A stretch of DNA of 63,917 bases, counting the filler, from Reclinomonas americana ATCC 50394 (lineage: Eukaryota): NCBI GenBank assembly GCA_048213135.1. It is 5 parts of one record of this genome, joined end to end, with 100 filler letters (N's around TTAATTAATTAA, not from the genome) between each part and the next. Parts side by side here need not be neighbours in the genome. Positions count along the whole stretch, not along the records: positions 44,087 to 53,338 come from PS015551.1; positions 53,439 to 63,917 come from PS015551.1; 3 more parts are not named here. One strand, written 5' to 3'. Under the pieces are notes generated by a model. The model worked only from the letters and a program-made list of their open reading frames with translations, ran no database searches and was not told the origin of the DNA. The position numbers were made by a program, and so were the translations under genes. Numbering within the stretch: position 1 is the first letter of the stretch; every line of letters starts with the position of its first letter. Positions 52,201 to 63,917 of the stretch are shown here, piece by piece.

Positions 52201-54248
52201 GCACTGCACCAATGTCCGTCTGTGATGGAGGTGATGGGCGGCCTGGCACAGTTCCTCACCCGTCAGTGTGTTACGCTTTGTGGCACCGATGATCGGCTGC
52301 TACAGTGGCGATACCACTTTCGCCTTCCGTTTGTGTTGGACCAGCTGCGGCGCGTCAGCGTTCCGGCAGTCGTGAGCTCGCTGACCGACGACGATCAACG
52401 AGCATGGGTGGAGGTCACCTTGCACTGTGTGCACACAATGGCGAATGGCGCGGGCATGTGGCCTTTGGCGCCGGCATGTCTCACCAAGTACATTCAATCG
52501 CGCGCGTCAGCGGCGCTGTCAATTCCGGCTCCTGTGCAGGAACTGCTTGTGAAACCAGTGTGGATATGCGGCTTGCTTGACCGCCTCAAGGAGAAGGAGG
52601 TGGCTCTCTGGCCATTGGTGACGCAGATCATGCGGACTCGCGATGCTCGACTGGGTTGCGTGAGCAATCTCCGTTTTGTGATCCTTTCATGTCTTCTCAC
52701 TCGCTCACTCTGCAGTGCGAGGTGACGTTCGGCAGCGCATCAGCGAATTGGTTCGCATGCAATACCAGGAACTGTGTTGCGAATGCGAGAGCCGTTCTGA
52801 CGCACTTGCGGCGGCCATGCACATCAGCAGTCATTCCATCTGCCAGCTTGCCGAGCTCCTTGTGGTTTCCAAGTACTTGTTCTCCGCTGCGCACAATCGC
52901 GAGTGGACGCAACTGATGCTGCGCACGGTGCCGCTCAATTCGCCCTCCAAAGCGAGAGCTGGCGCGGATCAGCGATGCAGTCTTGGGTTCGCCGCGCTGC
53001 ATGCCGCTCTGTCGCACAAGGATTCGATGCCGGCGTCTGATGCGGAGGCCGCCGACCAGTACCTGTTTTCTCTGGTCGGCGCACTGGTGGAGGCGCTTTC
53101 GTACACCGGGCCTGGTATGCGGGGAGGGAGAGGGAGAGAGGGAGAGGGGGAGGGAGAGGGAGAGGGAGAGGGAAGGGAGAGAGGGAGAGGGAGAGGGAGT
53201 GGGAGAGGGAGAGGGAAGGGAGAGAGGGAGAGGGAGAGGGATATAATGAGAAGGAGGGGACGAGAGAATTGAAAACGGAGAGGGAAAAGAGTGCAGGAGA
53301 CACGAACATGATACACCACTGTCAAAGGTGATAGAACGNNNNNNNNNNNNNNNNNNNNNNNNNNNNNNNNNNNNNNNNNNNNTTAATTAATTAANNNNNN
53401 NNNNNNNNNNNNNNNNNNNNNNNNNNNNNNNNNNNNNNAAAGACGGGCGTAGGCGAAAGAGAGCAAAACGTCACCAGCGTAGGTGACTGTATTCTCGATC
53501 TCTTGTTTTGCGTACTGAGTTGCGTATTCTTCGTGCAACCAGGCACGGCGCTCATTGATCTCGGCCTTGTTATCGACTACGTGGGCACACCGATGCTGGA
53601 TGTTGTGCGTGCTATGAACGAAGCAGCGAGGCTTTCTCGTCGAGGTATGTGTGCGCTCGCACGCGTGTGTGTCACGGTGTTTCACCGTTTTTTTCCACAG
53701 TGCGGTCCCGTATGTGGCTCTTGCTGCGATGTATTCTCGATCCGGCAGCCGGTCGACGGCGCCAAGTAGACGAGTACCTGAACATGAGAGTGCCCAACTC
53801 GCGGCCATTGTGCGATCACACCGAGCAGATGCATGTCTCGGAGGTGCTTGGTCGTGCCTGTGCCGATGAGCTGGAGGAAGAGGAGGCGCATCCTGGTGGC
53901 CTCGACGTGGAGGTGCTGAGTGCGATTCTGTTTCTTCATGCGCCGTCGCATGCCGATCGCGAGGAGGCTGATTTGCAGCTTGCACTGCAGCAATCGATGC
54001 TGTCATTCGACGGGTATGAGGATCAAGATGACTTGGGTCGTGTGGCCTATGGATTTGTTGACGATGTGATGATGGAGGAGGAGGAGGAGGAAGAGGAGGA
54101 GATGGAGGTTGAGTTTGAGTTTAGTGATGATGACGACGGTGGTTCAGAAGGGGAGAGAGAAGTGGAGGAGGTGGAGGTGGAGGAGGATGAGGAGGAGGAG
54201 TTCATCGCTGATAGGTCACCGGTTGCATCAGCGGAGTCAGTTCGATAG
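49209..54248 (+). CDS. F-box + helical-repeat + UIM-like + acidic tail protein, paralog A (spans a spacer inside an intron)
   Basis: Spliced F-box LPVEIIGV|ISSFLDIDDDFPRLWRTSQGF; repeated L.AS.P..V..L...QRAW motif; EEADLQLALQQSML; poly-E tail. Confidence 0.7.
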
Positions 54249-54578
54249 ATAGTAGGAATGAAAGATTGTTTTGCTTGCCTTGTTGATCGCGTCTCAGTGT
54301 GATAATGAGGTTGTATCGTGCTGTGGAGTTGGTACATCCAACGACGAGCTACATCTACAATCGCCAACTGGACTTGAACTACAGACGGATTGTCGGGCGG
54401 CTTCGAATTTGTTGTCTGCCGGGAAATGCTAACCTGGCGGGTGTATTCATTTGAATTCACGACATTGAGAGAGAGAGGAGAGAAACAGGCTGACATTGAT
54501 AGTTGTTGTCAGCTTGGTCGTGCAGGTGAGTAAGAAAGGAGTGCCAGCGTACAAAGTGGCTGCACAGCGACGTAGACC

Positions 54579-57500
54579 ATGGGCAATCTGTTCGCACGAG
54601 TCGATGACTTTGACGACTATGTCAACTGCTGCGCTCAGTGTACCTGGGCTCGCCTTCCCACTGACTTACACGGGGAGGTACGCGTTGCTTGTGTCTTCTC
54701 TGCGGTTCTTGAGTGCTCACCACCACCTGCATGACCGCTGCGACTTCGATTTCGAACTTGTATCGACGCTGTTTGGACGCAGATTTTCTCGTTTCTCGAC
54801 CTGGAGGAGGACTTTCCGCGACTGTGGCGTGTATCTCAATACTTCTACGCCGTCTTGCTGATGAAGCTGCACACTGCGCGCTTGTCTGTGGAGCGCTTGC
54901 GGAACCCGTCGAGACTGGTCGGAAGTCTGCTCCGTTGCTTCACCGGCATCCGAGAGTTGCAGATCCATGTCGGTGCTTCTGCAAATATGCGTACATTGCC
55001 GATGGAGATACGCGGGCTGGCTACTGCGTCCCGCAACGCAGCCGTTTCACCCCGTCGTCTCAAACTGGTGGTGCAAGTGGATGCGTCATTGCTGGGACCA
55101 ACTGCTCCACATGCATCGCTGCTCTTGCGTGCATTGGAGCAGCGTGATGGCCAGTCCTTGGTGGACATTCGACTCCAGTGGCCAGATGCCCGGGACCGCC
55201 AGCAGACGACTGCCCATGCCCACATCTGCTCGCTGTTGACCGAGATTCTGTCGCATGCGCCGCGATCGTCGGAGAGTTGCGTCCTTCACTGCATGTCTCT
55301 CAGAGGATCATCAATAATCGCAACTTCCCTCTCACGAGGATGCCAACACAGCAAGCGGCGCAAATGCTTCTCTGGAGCTCTCCGTGTTCGGTCCGGAATC
55401 TGGATCGGGATCGGCAAGTACAATTGCTGAAAAAGACGAAGAAAGAAACGCAGCCATGCATCGTCTGCGGACGCTAGTCATGCACCAACTGCTCCATCAC
55501 TTTGACTTGCATCCGGAGCGCGAGGCAGTTGTTCTGCACGCATTGCAGAGTGGTGCGTTATCATTTTCTACACCAGATAGTACTACGCGTTGCTTCTTAC
55601 ATTTGTTGGCGACCGCACAGTGTACGACCGCCGTGGCAGAGTCATCGATGAGACGCTGATGCGCGTGCTGTGCGACCTCGACTGCGTCAGCATCCGGACA
55701 CATCGCCGCGATATTGAGAGTGATGTCGAACTGCCGGACACGACGGCCGTTGCACCGTCAACTCTCGAACAGCTGCTCAAGCAGGCATGCACTCGTGGCG
55801 CCGGTTTTGACGGGGCGGCGTCCAACCAATCTCTCCAAATACTGATCCAAGCGCTCAAGTGTTGCGTACGCTGCACAGCGTGTAATTACACTTATCAGTC
55901 GCGTTCTTACATGTTGTCAATGCAATCAATCATCAGGGCTCCCCAGCATCGCATCGACGATGCTATCGCTTCCAGTGGGTCTGGAACTTGTGCACGGAGC
56001 CATCAACGCCGTCTGCAACACCGACACACGTCAGCTGACGATGGCGGATCAGCAGCGCGTCGATGAGTTTGTCCGTCGATGGCTGCGCGCCGTCCACCGT
56101 GAGAGTTGCTCACTCCGTGAGCTGACCCATGCGGTGTCCACGTTGACGATGGCGTGTGCAAGGAGCCTCCGTGCATCTGGTGATCGCCGTCTGCCGACGC
56201 TGCTGAGCCTGCTTCTCGACGAACTCGGCGGAGCTCCAGCGCAAGCACGCAACCTTCCGAGCCCCGAGGCCCAGTCTGCGTGGATCGACGGCATCATGCA
56301 CATTATCCTGGACACGCACAGCACGACGTCGACAATATGGAAGTCAACAGCGAAATCAGCATTGATCCATTTCTGCAGAGTTCCCGTCCCACAAGCGGCA
56401 CTGCAGGCTCACAGCAACTTGATCCGGGCGAGCTGCAACGGACAAGAGCTTGAGCTCCCCGTGCTCCGACAACTACACTTGCTGGTGTCGTGTTGCGTAC
56501 AAGCGCTGCGACAATGTGTTTCATAGTCATCGCACTTCTCATCTCGCATGCAGGCGCTCCAAGCTTGTTGGTGCCCATGTGCATTACAGCACAGGCCCAA
56601 GACAGCAGCCTCATTCCGCTCATACTTGCGCGTGGCCTGGCGCGCGAGCAGCACGCCTTCAGTGACGAGTGTGCCAGTGTTGCACAAGACTTGGCGTGCA
56701 TCACGATAGATGCCCTAACCGACGCTGGAGGCAGGCTGGCTGTGGAGAACTCAGACGTCCTGACGCAACTTCTTCGAGGAGTCGTGGAATTCCTTGTCGA
56801 GCAGTGCCATGCGCAGCATCATATCCGCCCGCCCTTGCGCGAATGCCTTTTGCGTGCCAGCGATCCAGCCATTGTCAGTGCGCTGGAGATCGACCGTCAG
56901 CTGGCATGGGTCACCATCATGCAGCGGTGCATTGTTGACACGGAAAGTTTGGCACCGAGAGCAGCGGAGCGACTTACCGAGTACATTCATCGCAATCCCC
57001 AGCCGTCTGGGCCGTTGCTGGATGCGCTCTACGAGTCCTCCTGGATTGGCAGCCTGTTCCTCGGCGAGCTGGTATGTCTGCAAAGTCTGGAGTGCCAGCG
57101 GCGGCGCTTGCACTTGTTGACGGCGCTGGTGAGGGCGCACGAATATCGACTGAGTTTCGTCAGCCTCTCCCCTGTCACACTGACATTGCAACGCGGTGTC
57201 GACGCAACCGTTCGGATGCTGTATCCACTGGCTTCGAATTCCGGCAGCGACGCCATCTGCACGCACCGTGAGCTCGTCGAGCTGCTGTTGGCGTCACAGT
57301 ATGTGTTTGCGGATACTTCCAAGTGGGCGTCGCTGCTCTTGAAGACTGTCGAGGAGAACTGTTCGAGCTTCCAATGCAGTCTTGCGTTCACCGCTCTCCA
57401 TGCTGCGCTGGCGAGCTACGACCGGGACGACTACGATGAGGACTATGTTGTACGGCTTACGTACGGACTGCAGACTGCCTGTGGTGCGTGTGAATCAGCG

Positions 57501-58142
57501 CAGCGATGGTTGCGGTAGACACGTCGAACTCACCTTCTTGTCTCTGCGGTTTCGCAGCCTCATCTCGTCTGGATCTGCAACTCGTGCTGGACTACGTCCA
57601 CGAACCGCTGAGCTCCATGTTGCGCGCCATCTGGGACACTGATCGAGTCTCGCCGCGAGGTAAGTGTCACACAAAGCATGAGCACCGAGAGAATACTCAC
57701 TCACCATTGACTATTGTACCGAGCAGTTCGATACACCCTGTGGCCACTGGTGCATCGTATCCTCAACCCTGCCGGAGGTCGACAAGACGTGGTCAGTGAC
57801 TACCTGCTGATGGATGTCGGTTTCGGGTTCGGCAACCGGAGTGCGGCAGAACTCCTCCTCGATGCTCGTCAACGTGAGCTGGAGCACCTCGATCAGCCCA
57901 TCACGGAATCGGCCGATCTGGATGTACTTGCCGCCATAGTCTCGTTGCCGCTCGAGATCCCAGATCAGCAAGACGAGGAGGCGGATGATGGCCTGCAGCT
58001 AGCGATCGCCGAATCGATAAGAGCAATGTCCACTTCTCGCGTGGCGGAGGACGAAGACGACGGCGAAGTCGAGTTTGTGCTTGACGATACCGACGATGAA
58101 GAGGAGGAGGAGGAGGAAGAAGAGGAAGAGGAGGAGGAGGAA

Positions 58143-58178
<36 letters not shown>

Positions 58179-58235
58179 GAAGAGGAGCGAGTTATCAAGT
58201 GCGCCATTAGTACCCGAAGCATATGCGTTGAATGA
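54579..58235 (+). CDS. F-box + helical-repeat + UIM-like + acidic tail protein, paralog B
   Basis: MGNLFAR..WARLPTDLHGE|IFSFLDLEEDFPRLWRVSQYF; LLRASDPAIVSALEIDRQLAW; CSLAFTALHAALA (paralog A: CSLGFAALHAALS); DDGLQLAIAESIR; poly-E tail. Confidence 0.72.
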
Positions 58236-58464
58236 CCGCCAGTTACACTGTAAACAAATAACTGTTGTTGGTACACGCGCATGTGTTTGTAGGCACCTTT
58301 CATCTCTCATGCCGATGGTGGCGACGTGGATGTCGTCGGAGGTGGTGTCGGCACAGAGGCTGCCTCTTGAGCTGGTGGACCGTCGTAAGTTTGCAGTCCA
58401 CCACGGCGCTTGCTTTGTGGTTCAATCAGCCATCTGCCGCGGTGTACAATGGATGTGAGCAACT

Positions 58465-58710
58465 GAGAGGGAGAAGGAGAGGGGAGAGGGGGAGAGGGGG
58501 AGAGGGGGAGAGGGGAGAGGGGAGACGGGAGACGGGAGACGGGAGAGGGGAGAGGGGAGAGGGGAGAGGGGAGAGGAGAGAGAAGAGAGAAGAGAGAGAA
58601 AGAGACGGCGAGGGAAGAGGGAAAGGGAGAGCGGGAGGGACGGCAAAGAGGGAAGGGAAAGAAGGAGACAGGGGAGAGAGAAAGGGGGAGAGGCAATGGA
58701 GAGAAGAAGA
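58465..58710. repeat. Intergenic polypurine GGGGAGA-type tandem tract
   Basis: Directly visible between the convergent 3' ends of F-box paralog B and the SLC25 gene. Confidence 0.8.
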
Positions 58711-58868
58711 TATGAGCATGGCATTGGATATGGAACGGAAGGAGGGCGCACGCGCGAGAGATATGAGGAAGTACGACAGAAGTAGATGCAGCATGTAAAC
58801 GCAAGGCAAGCGACAAAATCAGCGACGACGATCCATCAGAATGCTGTACCCATCTACGAGGAAGCTGT

Positions 58869-60190
58869 TCAACTGCCCGCCCTTCTGCGCAACTTGAGCG
58901 TCTCCTCCGACACCACGAGGCAGATACCGGTGCCGACCGACAATCGGAACATTTTGATTGACAGGCCGCTGAATAGTGCTCGATATCCGTCCTCTTTGAT
59001 GGTGTTTCTGAATGCCTGTGCACAAGATGCACGTCATTATCACCAACATCATCACACTAACTGCTTTTTTCTTGAGACACACAATGGAACGCACCTTGCT
59101 GAAGCTGCTGTACTGCTCCTTACCCGACTGCATGCGACTCTTGATGACATCGAATGGACTGCCCAGAATCGCCGCGGGTATGCCGGCCGCCACACCGCTC
59201 ACCAGCTTGTAGAATCCCTTCAGATTCTGCAGAAATCGAAGACACAACTCAGTGCACAATGTCGTGCGGGGCCAGCCGTGCGGAGCACGTAACATCACCG
59301 GTGCGCGACCACCTGCTCTTCAGATACTCGTATGTGGCAAACACCGTGGCGCCGTAGACAGTCNNNNNNNNNNNNNNNNNNNNNNNNNNNNNNNNNNNNN
59401 NNNNNNNNNNNNNNNNNNNNNNNNNNNNNNNNNNNNNNNNNNNNNNNNNNNNNNNNNNNNNNNNNNNNNNNNNNNNNNNNNNNNNNNNNNNNNNNNNNNN
59501 NNNNNNNNNNNNNNNNNNNNNNNNNNNNNNNNNNNNNNNNNNNNNNNNNNNNNNNNNNNNNNNNNNNNNNNNNNNNNNNNNNNNNNNNNNNNNNNNNNNN
59601 NNNNNNNNNNNNNNNNNNNNNNNNNNNNNNNNNNNNNNNNNNNNNNNNNNNNNNNNNNNNNNNNNNNNNNNNNNNNNNNNNNNNNNNNNNNNNNNNNNNN
59701 NNNNNNNNNNNNNNNNNNNNNNNNNNNNNNNNNNNNNNNNNNNNNNNNNNNNNNNNNNNNNNNNNNNNNNNNNNNNNNNNNNNNNNNNNNNNNNNNNNNN
59801 NNNNNNNNNNNNNNNNNNNNNNNNNNNNNNNNNNNNNNNNNNNNNNNNNNNNNNNNNNNNNNNNNNNNNNNNNNNNNNNNNNNNNNNNNNNNNNNNNNNN
59901 NNNNNNNNNNNNNNNNNNNNNNNNNNNNNNNNNNNNNNNNNNNNNNNNNNNNNNNNNNNNNNNNNNNNNNNNNNNNNNNNNNNNNNNNNNNNNNNNNNNN
60001 NNNNNNNNNNNNNNNNNNNNNNNNNNNNNNNNNNNNNNNNNNNNNNNNNNNNNNNNNNNNNNNNNNNNNNNNNNNNNNNNNNNNNNNNNNNNNNNNNNNN
60101 NNNNNNNNNNNNNNNNNNNNNNNNNNNNNNNNNNNNNNNNNNNNNNNNNNNNNNNNNNNNNNNNNNNNNNNNNNNNNNNNNNNNNNNNNN

Positions 60191-60286
<96 letters not shown>

Positions 60287-60561
60287 TTCGAAAATGCGCA
60301 ACAATGGTGAGTGCACGCTGTGCAGCTGCAAGCGCGTTTTGATGAGATCCAGTGGATAGACTACTGCCTTTTCCACTGCACTGGCCACTCCAGCCGCCAA
60401 CGTCACTGCGTGAGTGTGTGAGTGTGTAAAAGTGAGTGAGCCATCAGCCATCTCACTTTTCCTTTCCCCGTGCGCTTCTCACGCGCATTCTGTGATTGAT
60501 GCCTGCGACACACACCTTTCCAGTAGACATTGAGCGATTTCAGCTGATCAGCGACGCTCAT
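58869..60561 (-). CDS. Mitochondrial carrier (SLC25) family protein; middle in gap
   Basis: Signature motifs YPLDLIKTRLQ and SPFDVIKSRMQ, plus FATYEYLK and IKEDGYRALFSGL. Confidence 0.9.
60191..60283. repeat. (CT)n microsatellite in an SLC25 intron, next to a gap
   Basis: Directly visible. Confidence 0.9.
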
Positions 60562-60630
60562 GGTGACGGAAGACGAAGACGCGTGACGGACAGGGCTGTC
60601 CTGCCGGGACTGTCCACTCTTTTCTTCGCC

Positions 60631-62008
60631 ATGGATTTCGACCGCGACGCTCTCTTCGGTGCCTTCAATGAGCTGCTCGCTGTTGCGTGGTCTCATTTTT
60701 GCTGCGCAGCGGAAGTCACGCACGCGGAATTGAAGAGATGAGCGACATCGTCTGACATGTCTCTTCCTTCTCTCTCTTTGTGCACGTGCGTGTGTGTTTG
60801 TTGGTCGGCAGCACTCTGACTGGAGCGACAATGGCATGAAGGAAGGGTGAGCGCATGAGTGTGAGAGAGAAAAAGCACGATTTTCATTCTGCACTCACTT
60901 ACACACATGTACAGTGTGCACCTCCAAGAGCTGAGTGTGGCCGGCACCAGCGCCAAGGCTGTGCGCGGTGAGAGCTCTCACTCACTCTCTGTGCCTTGTC
61001 ATTTGTTGTCTGATTGATCAAAAAATTCTTCCGGTTTATGTAAAGGCGACTATGCGATGCCGCACTCGATCGAAGCCTTCCTGGCGATCCTGTCGAACAT
61101 GGACACGCGGAAGCAGTGGGACGAGCAGTTTATGGGCGGCGAGATCCTGGAGGACATTGATGCCGACACGCAGGTCGTGCATCTGAAGTTCGACTCGAAC
61201 TCAATGCTCGTCAGCAATCGCGACATGGTCGTGTGTCGCGCGGTGATTCGTGAGCCCGGAGTCACGTATGTGGTGGCCAAGTCGGTGGTGCATCCGGGCA
61301 AGCCGGAGGGTGAGGGATGATTCCGCGTGAGTGTGCGTGACGACAGGGGCACTCAATTGCGTTGCAGTCAACAAGTTTGTGCGCGCCAACTGCCTGTTCA
61401 CTGGCTACCGCCTCGTGGAGAAGGAGGTGGAGGGTGCTGCGGGCATCGAGGTGACGTACATTACGCAGGTGGACCTCATGGTGAGTTGTGCATGGGAGAG
61501 GGAGATCAGAAGTAGTTGTTTGGGGAGAATTGTGGGGGCGGATTTGTGTCTCTGCGAGCGATGGTGCGAGAGCGACCTGTCGGGGAGTCTCTTTGTGTTT
61601 GTGTGTCTCTCGCTGCTCGTGTTTCTCAGCGAGTCTGAGTGTGATGGCGCGAGGGTGGTAAGTCGAGGAGTCACTTGGTGTCTCGGTGCACGTTTTTCTG
61701 TGTTTCCACGGGGTGTATGAGTGAGTGTGTTTCTGTCTTTATCCTGGTGGTTGTCTTTCTTCTCGTGCACTTTGTACGGCACGTGACTATGGATAAACAC
61801 GATCAGCTTTCTCCTTCCTCTCCCTCCCTCCCTCTCTCCCTCCCTCCCTCCCTCCCTCCGTCCCTTCCTTCCTCACACTCACTCACCTCCTTTTCCTCTC
61901 CAGGGAAGCGTCCCGGCGTTCATCACCAACGCGGTGGCGACGAAGCAGCCGATGACCCTGTACAAGATCCGTACAATCCTCGACCGCAACGAGGGAGGCA
62001 GCCGGTAA
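60631..62008 (+). CDS. START lipid-binding domain protein
   Basis: MDFDRDALFGAFNELLA|HSDWSDNGMKEGVHL..AKAVRG..RKQWDEQF..VSNRDMVV..AKSVVHP..FVRA..VTYITQVDLMGSVPAFITNAVA. Confidence 0.88.
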
Positions 62009-62236
62009 AAAGAGCGCACACAGGTGGTTGTCGTGTGCATGGTGTCTTTGGTACGACCGCGGGGTGTGTGTGCGTGCTGCTGTCGAGTCCACGAGTGAAT
62101 GAATATCTTGTCTTATGTGATGCGACGCGTACGCAAAGACAATCTCTCAAATGACTTCATAAAAACACGCAGTGGGCACCAGCAGCCTCGCTCTCCTCTC
62201 TCTCTCTCATTCAACTCTCTCTCTCTCTCTCCCACA

Positions 62237-63917
62237 TTAGCGAACTGGATCCTTTTGCTTGACCGTCCGCTTGGCAATGTCTGGTCCGTGAACAAACAGC
62301 AGGGCCTCCTTCAACGCGTTGACCCACTTTTCGCGCACATACGCAGACGGAGCCTCAAAGTCCAGCGTGCGGTTGGCGCCCACCAACGAGAAGTACAGGT
62401 GCGCGTATTTCTCTGCACAGAGAGAGGGAGAATGAGCCACACCAAATAAAAAACACTGCAGCGAGGGAACTGCATGCTACGCTCCGCAACTCTTGCCGTT
62501 GCGCGCCAACACCTTGGTCGTGAGACCCTCGGTTACCATGTTGAAATCACGAAGCGGCACAGATCGCCTGAGAGCACGCGAAATCATTCTGCGAACAGTG
62601 AGAATCTATCACGGGGGAAAAGACCGAATTGACCCCGCAACGTTCCCTCCTCGTCGTTCTCGCCCATCCACGAAATCACGGTAATGTTTCCGTCGCACAA
62701 GACGTAGCGCGGGTGCGGCCAGCCCGATCGGCCGTGCTTGACCAGCATTGAACCGCGTCGCAGGAATGCCTTCCAGTCCTCCGAGATGGGTGGCGGCGGG
62801 CTGTTGACTGCAGGGGGAGAATGTTGAGCACATCAGAAGCGAAGTTTCGCTCGCATACGTGCAACAAACCTGCCATGGCACGATCGGCGGCCTGCTTGAA
62901 TGGATCTGCGTGTCATGCCCGTGAGATGACGAGTCGGCACTCGATACAGAGCACCAAAATGAACACGCAACGAGGAGCCTCAGCAGCTGCAGGCTGTGGT
63001 CGGCTGTGTCCGGCCTCCTCCTCCTCCTCGTCGGAGCTCAAATCAAACGGCGCAGCACCGTGTCCCTGCTGACGAGCAGCCTGCTGGCCGTGCCTTGACG
63101 GAGGAATGGGGAAGTCGTCGTCGTCAAACGCCGCAGCCGCAGTGGTCGTGGTAGTGGTGGTTGCCGCACCACCAGCAGCGGCGCCCTTGGCCGGCTTGCT
63201 GGGAACCATGAAATCGTCGTCGAAAATGGAGCCACCGACAGCGGGCGCGGGTGTGGGATGAGCCGCAGGAGGGGCGCGTTTGCCACCCGGCAGCGGGAAG
63301 TCATCATCAAAGAGTGAGTTCGCCGATGGTGGAGCCGCGGCTGACTGAGGTGTCGGACGAGGCGGCGGCACGGCGGCGTGGTGCTTGTCGTCCTCGTCGT
63401 CATCGTCGCCCAGCAGGCCACGAATCTGCAACAGAGAGGTGGTGGTGAGCGCACTCTACTTTCTCTCTGTCTCTCTCTCTCGCTCCTGCACCGTGCAGAC
63501 GCACCCGATCAGAGGCCTTGGCTGCGGGACCGGCCTTTCCTCGGCCAGCAGCGGCGGCCACAGCGGCAGGTGTGGCGACGACAGTCGGAACTGCGTGTGA
63601 CAGGCTGTGAGAACTATGCGCCTGAACGAGAATTGCACGCACCAAGAACGATACCTGGCGCAGCTGCCACTGGCGGCGGAGCCATCAGCCCCGGTCGCGT
63701 CACATCATTGTCAGCCTGCATGGCACAAATTGTGTGTGAGTCCACAACCGACTATTTTTTTTTTTGCAATAGCAGCATGCAGCCGTACCTCATCAAATGG
63801 TGTGTGGTGCGCCACTGGAGCCACCATTGTCCTCGGCGGCGACACGGTGCGCTTCGGAGCGGCGGCAGGAGCTGTCGCAAATCATCGAAAAATGTGTGAA
63901 CAGAGGTACAAGCAGAG
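62237..63917 (-). CDS. Pro/acidic low-complexity protein with C-terminal PLC/Mcp5-type PH domain (5' end outside window)
   Basis: FLRRGSMLVKHGRSGWPHPRYV..ISW..VTEGLTTKVL..YFSLVGANRTLDFEAPSAYVREKWVNALK, with repeated (L/I/A)FDDD(D)F motifs upstream. Confidence 0.75.

Noticed and set aside
60562..60696. N-terminal extension of the SLC25 carrier (MRPRNSEQ...)
   Set aside because: It overlaps the first exon of the START gene on the opposite strand; the ATG at 60561 gives a normal carrier start.
332..63917. Alternative genetic code or stop-codon readthrough
   Set aside because: In the genes I traced, in-frame stops are removed by plausible introns, and TAA, TAG and TGA all appear as terminal stops.
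1..63917. CRISPR arrays, rRNA/tRNA genes, transposases, introner-like repeated introns
   Set aside because: None recognised by eye. GTTKCG introns share only the donor hexamer and show no internal similarity or terminal repeats.

Overview
GC-rich, gene-dense eukaryotic (protist-like, probably flagellated) draft sequence. It has many short spliceosomal introns (mostly about 50-120 nt), CA/GA microsatellites, N gaps and four artificial TTAATTAATTAA spacers. Manual splicing with the standard code recovers about 19 genes: IQCH, a calpain with EF-hand, NAA60, monopolin Csm1, RPA2, Ap4A phosphorylase, DMXL/Rav1 (partial), a kinase 3' end, YdeI/OmdA apparently spliced to an AP endonuclease, a COX6C/Cox9-like protein, an intronless WD40 gene, a dead matrixin fused to a BPL_N hydrolase, a giant NHL-cadherin-FN3-REJ-GPS polycystin-like gene broken by three mis-oriented contigs, UGDH (fragment), two tandem F-box/UIM paralogs, a mitochondrial carrier, a START protein and a PH protein. 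The main system-level observation is a second 5' splice-site class, GTT(G/T)CG(T), used by about 30 inferred introns across most genes. It looks like the ordinary GTGCGT/GTTCGT donor shifted by one nucleotide. All gene models are manual inferences without transcript data, and family calls come from recalled motifs, not searches.
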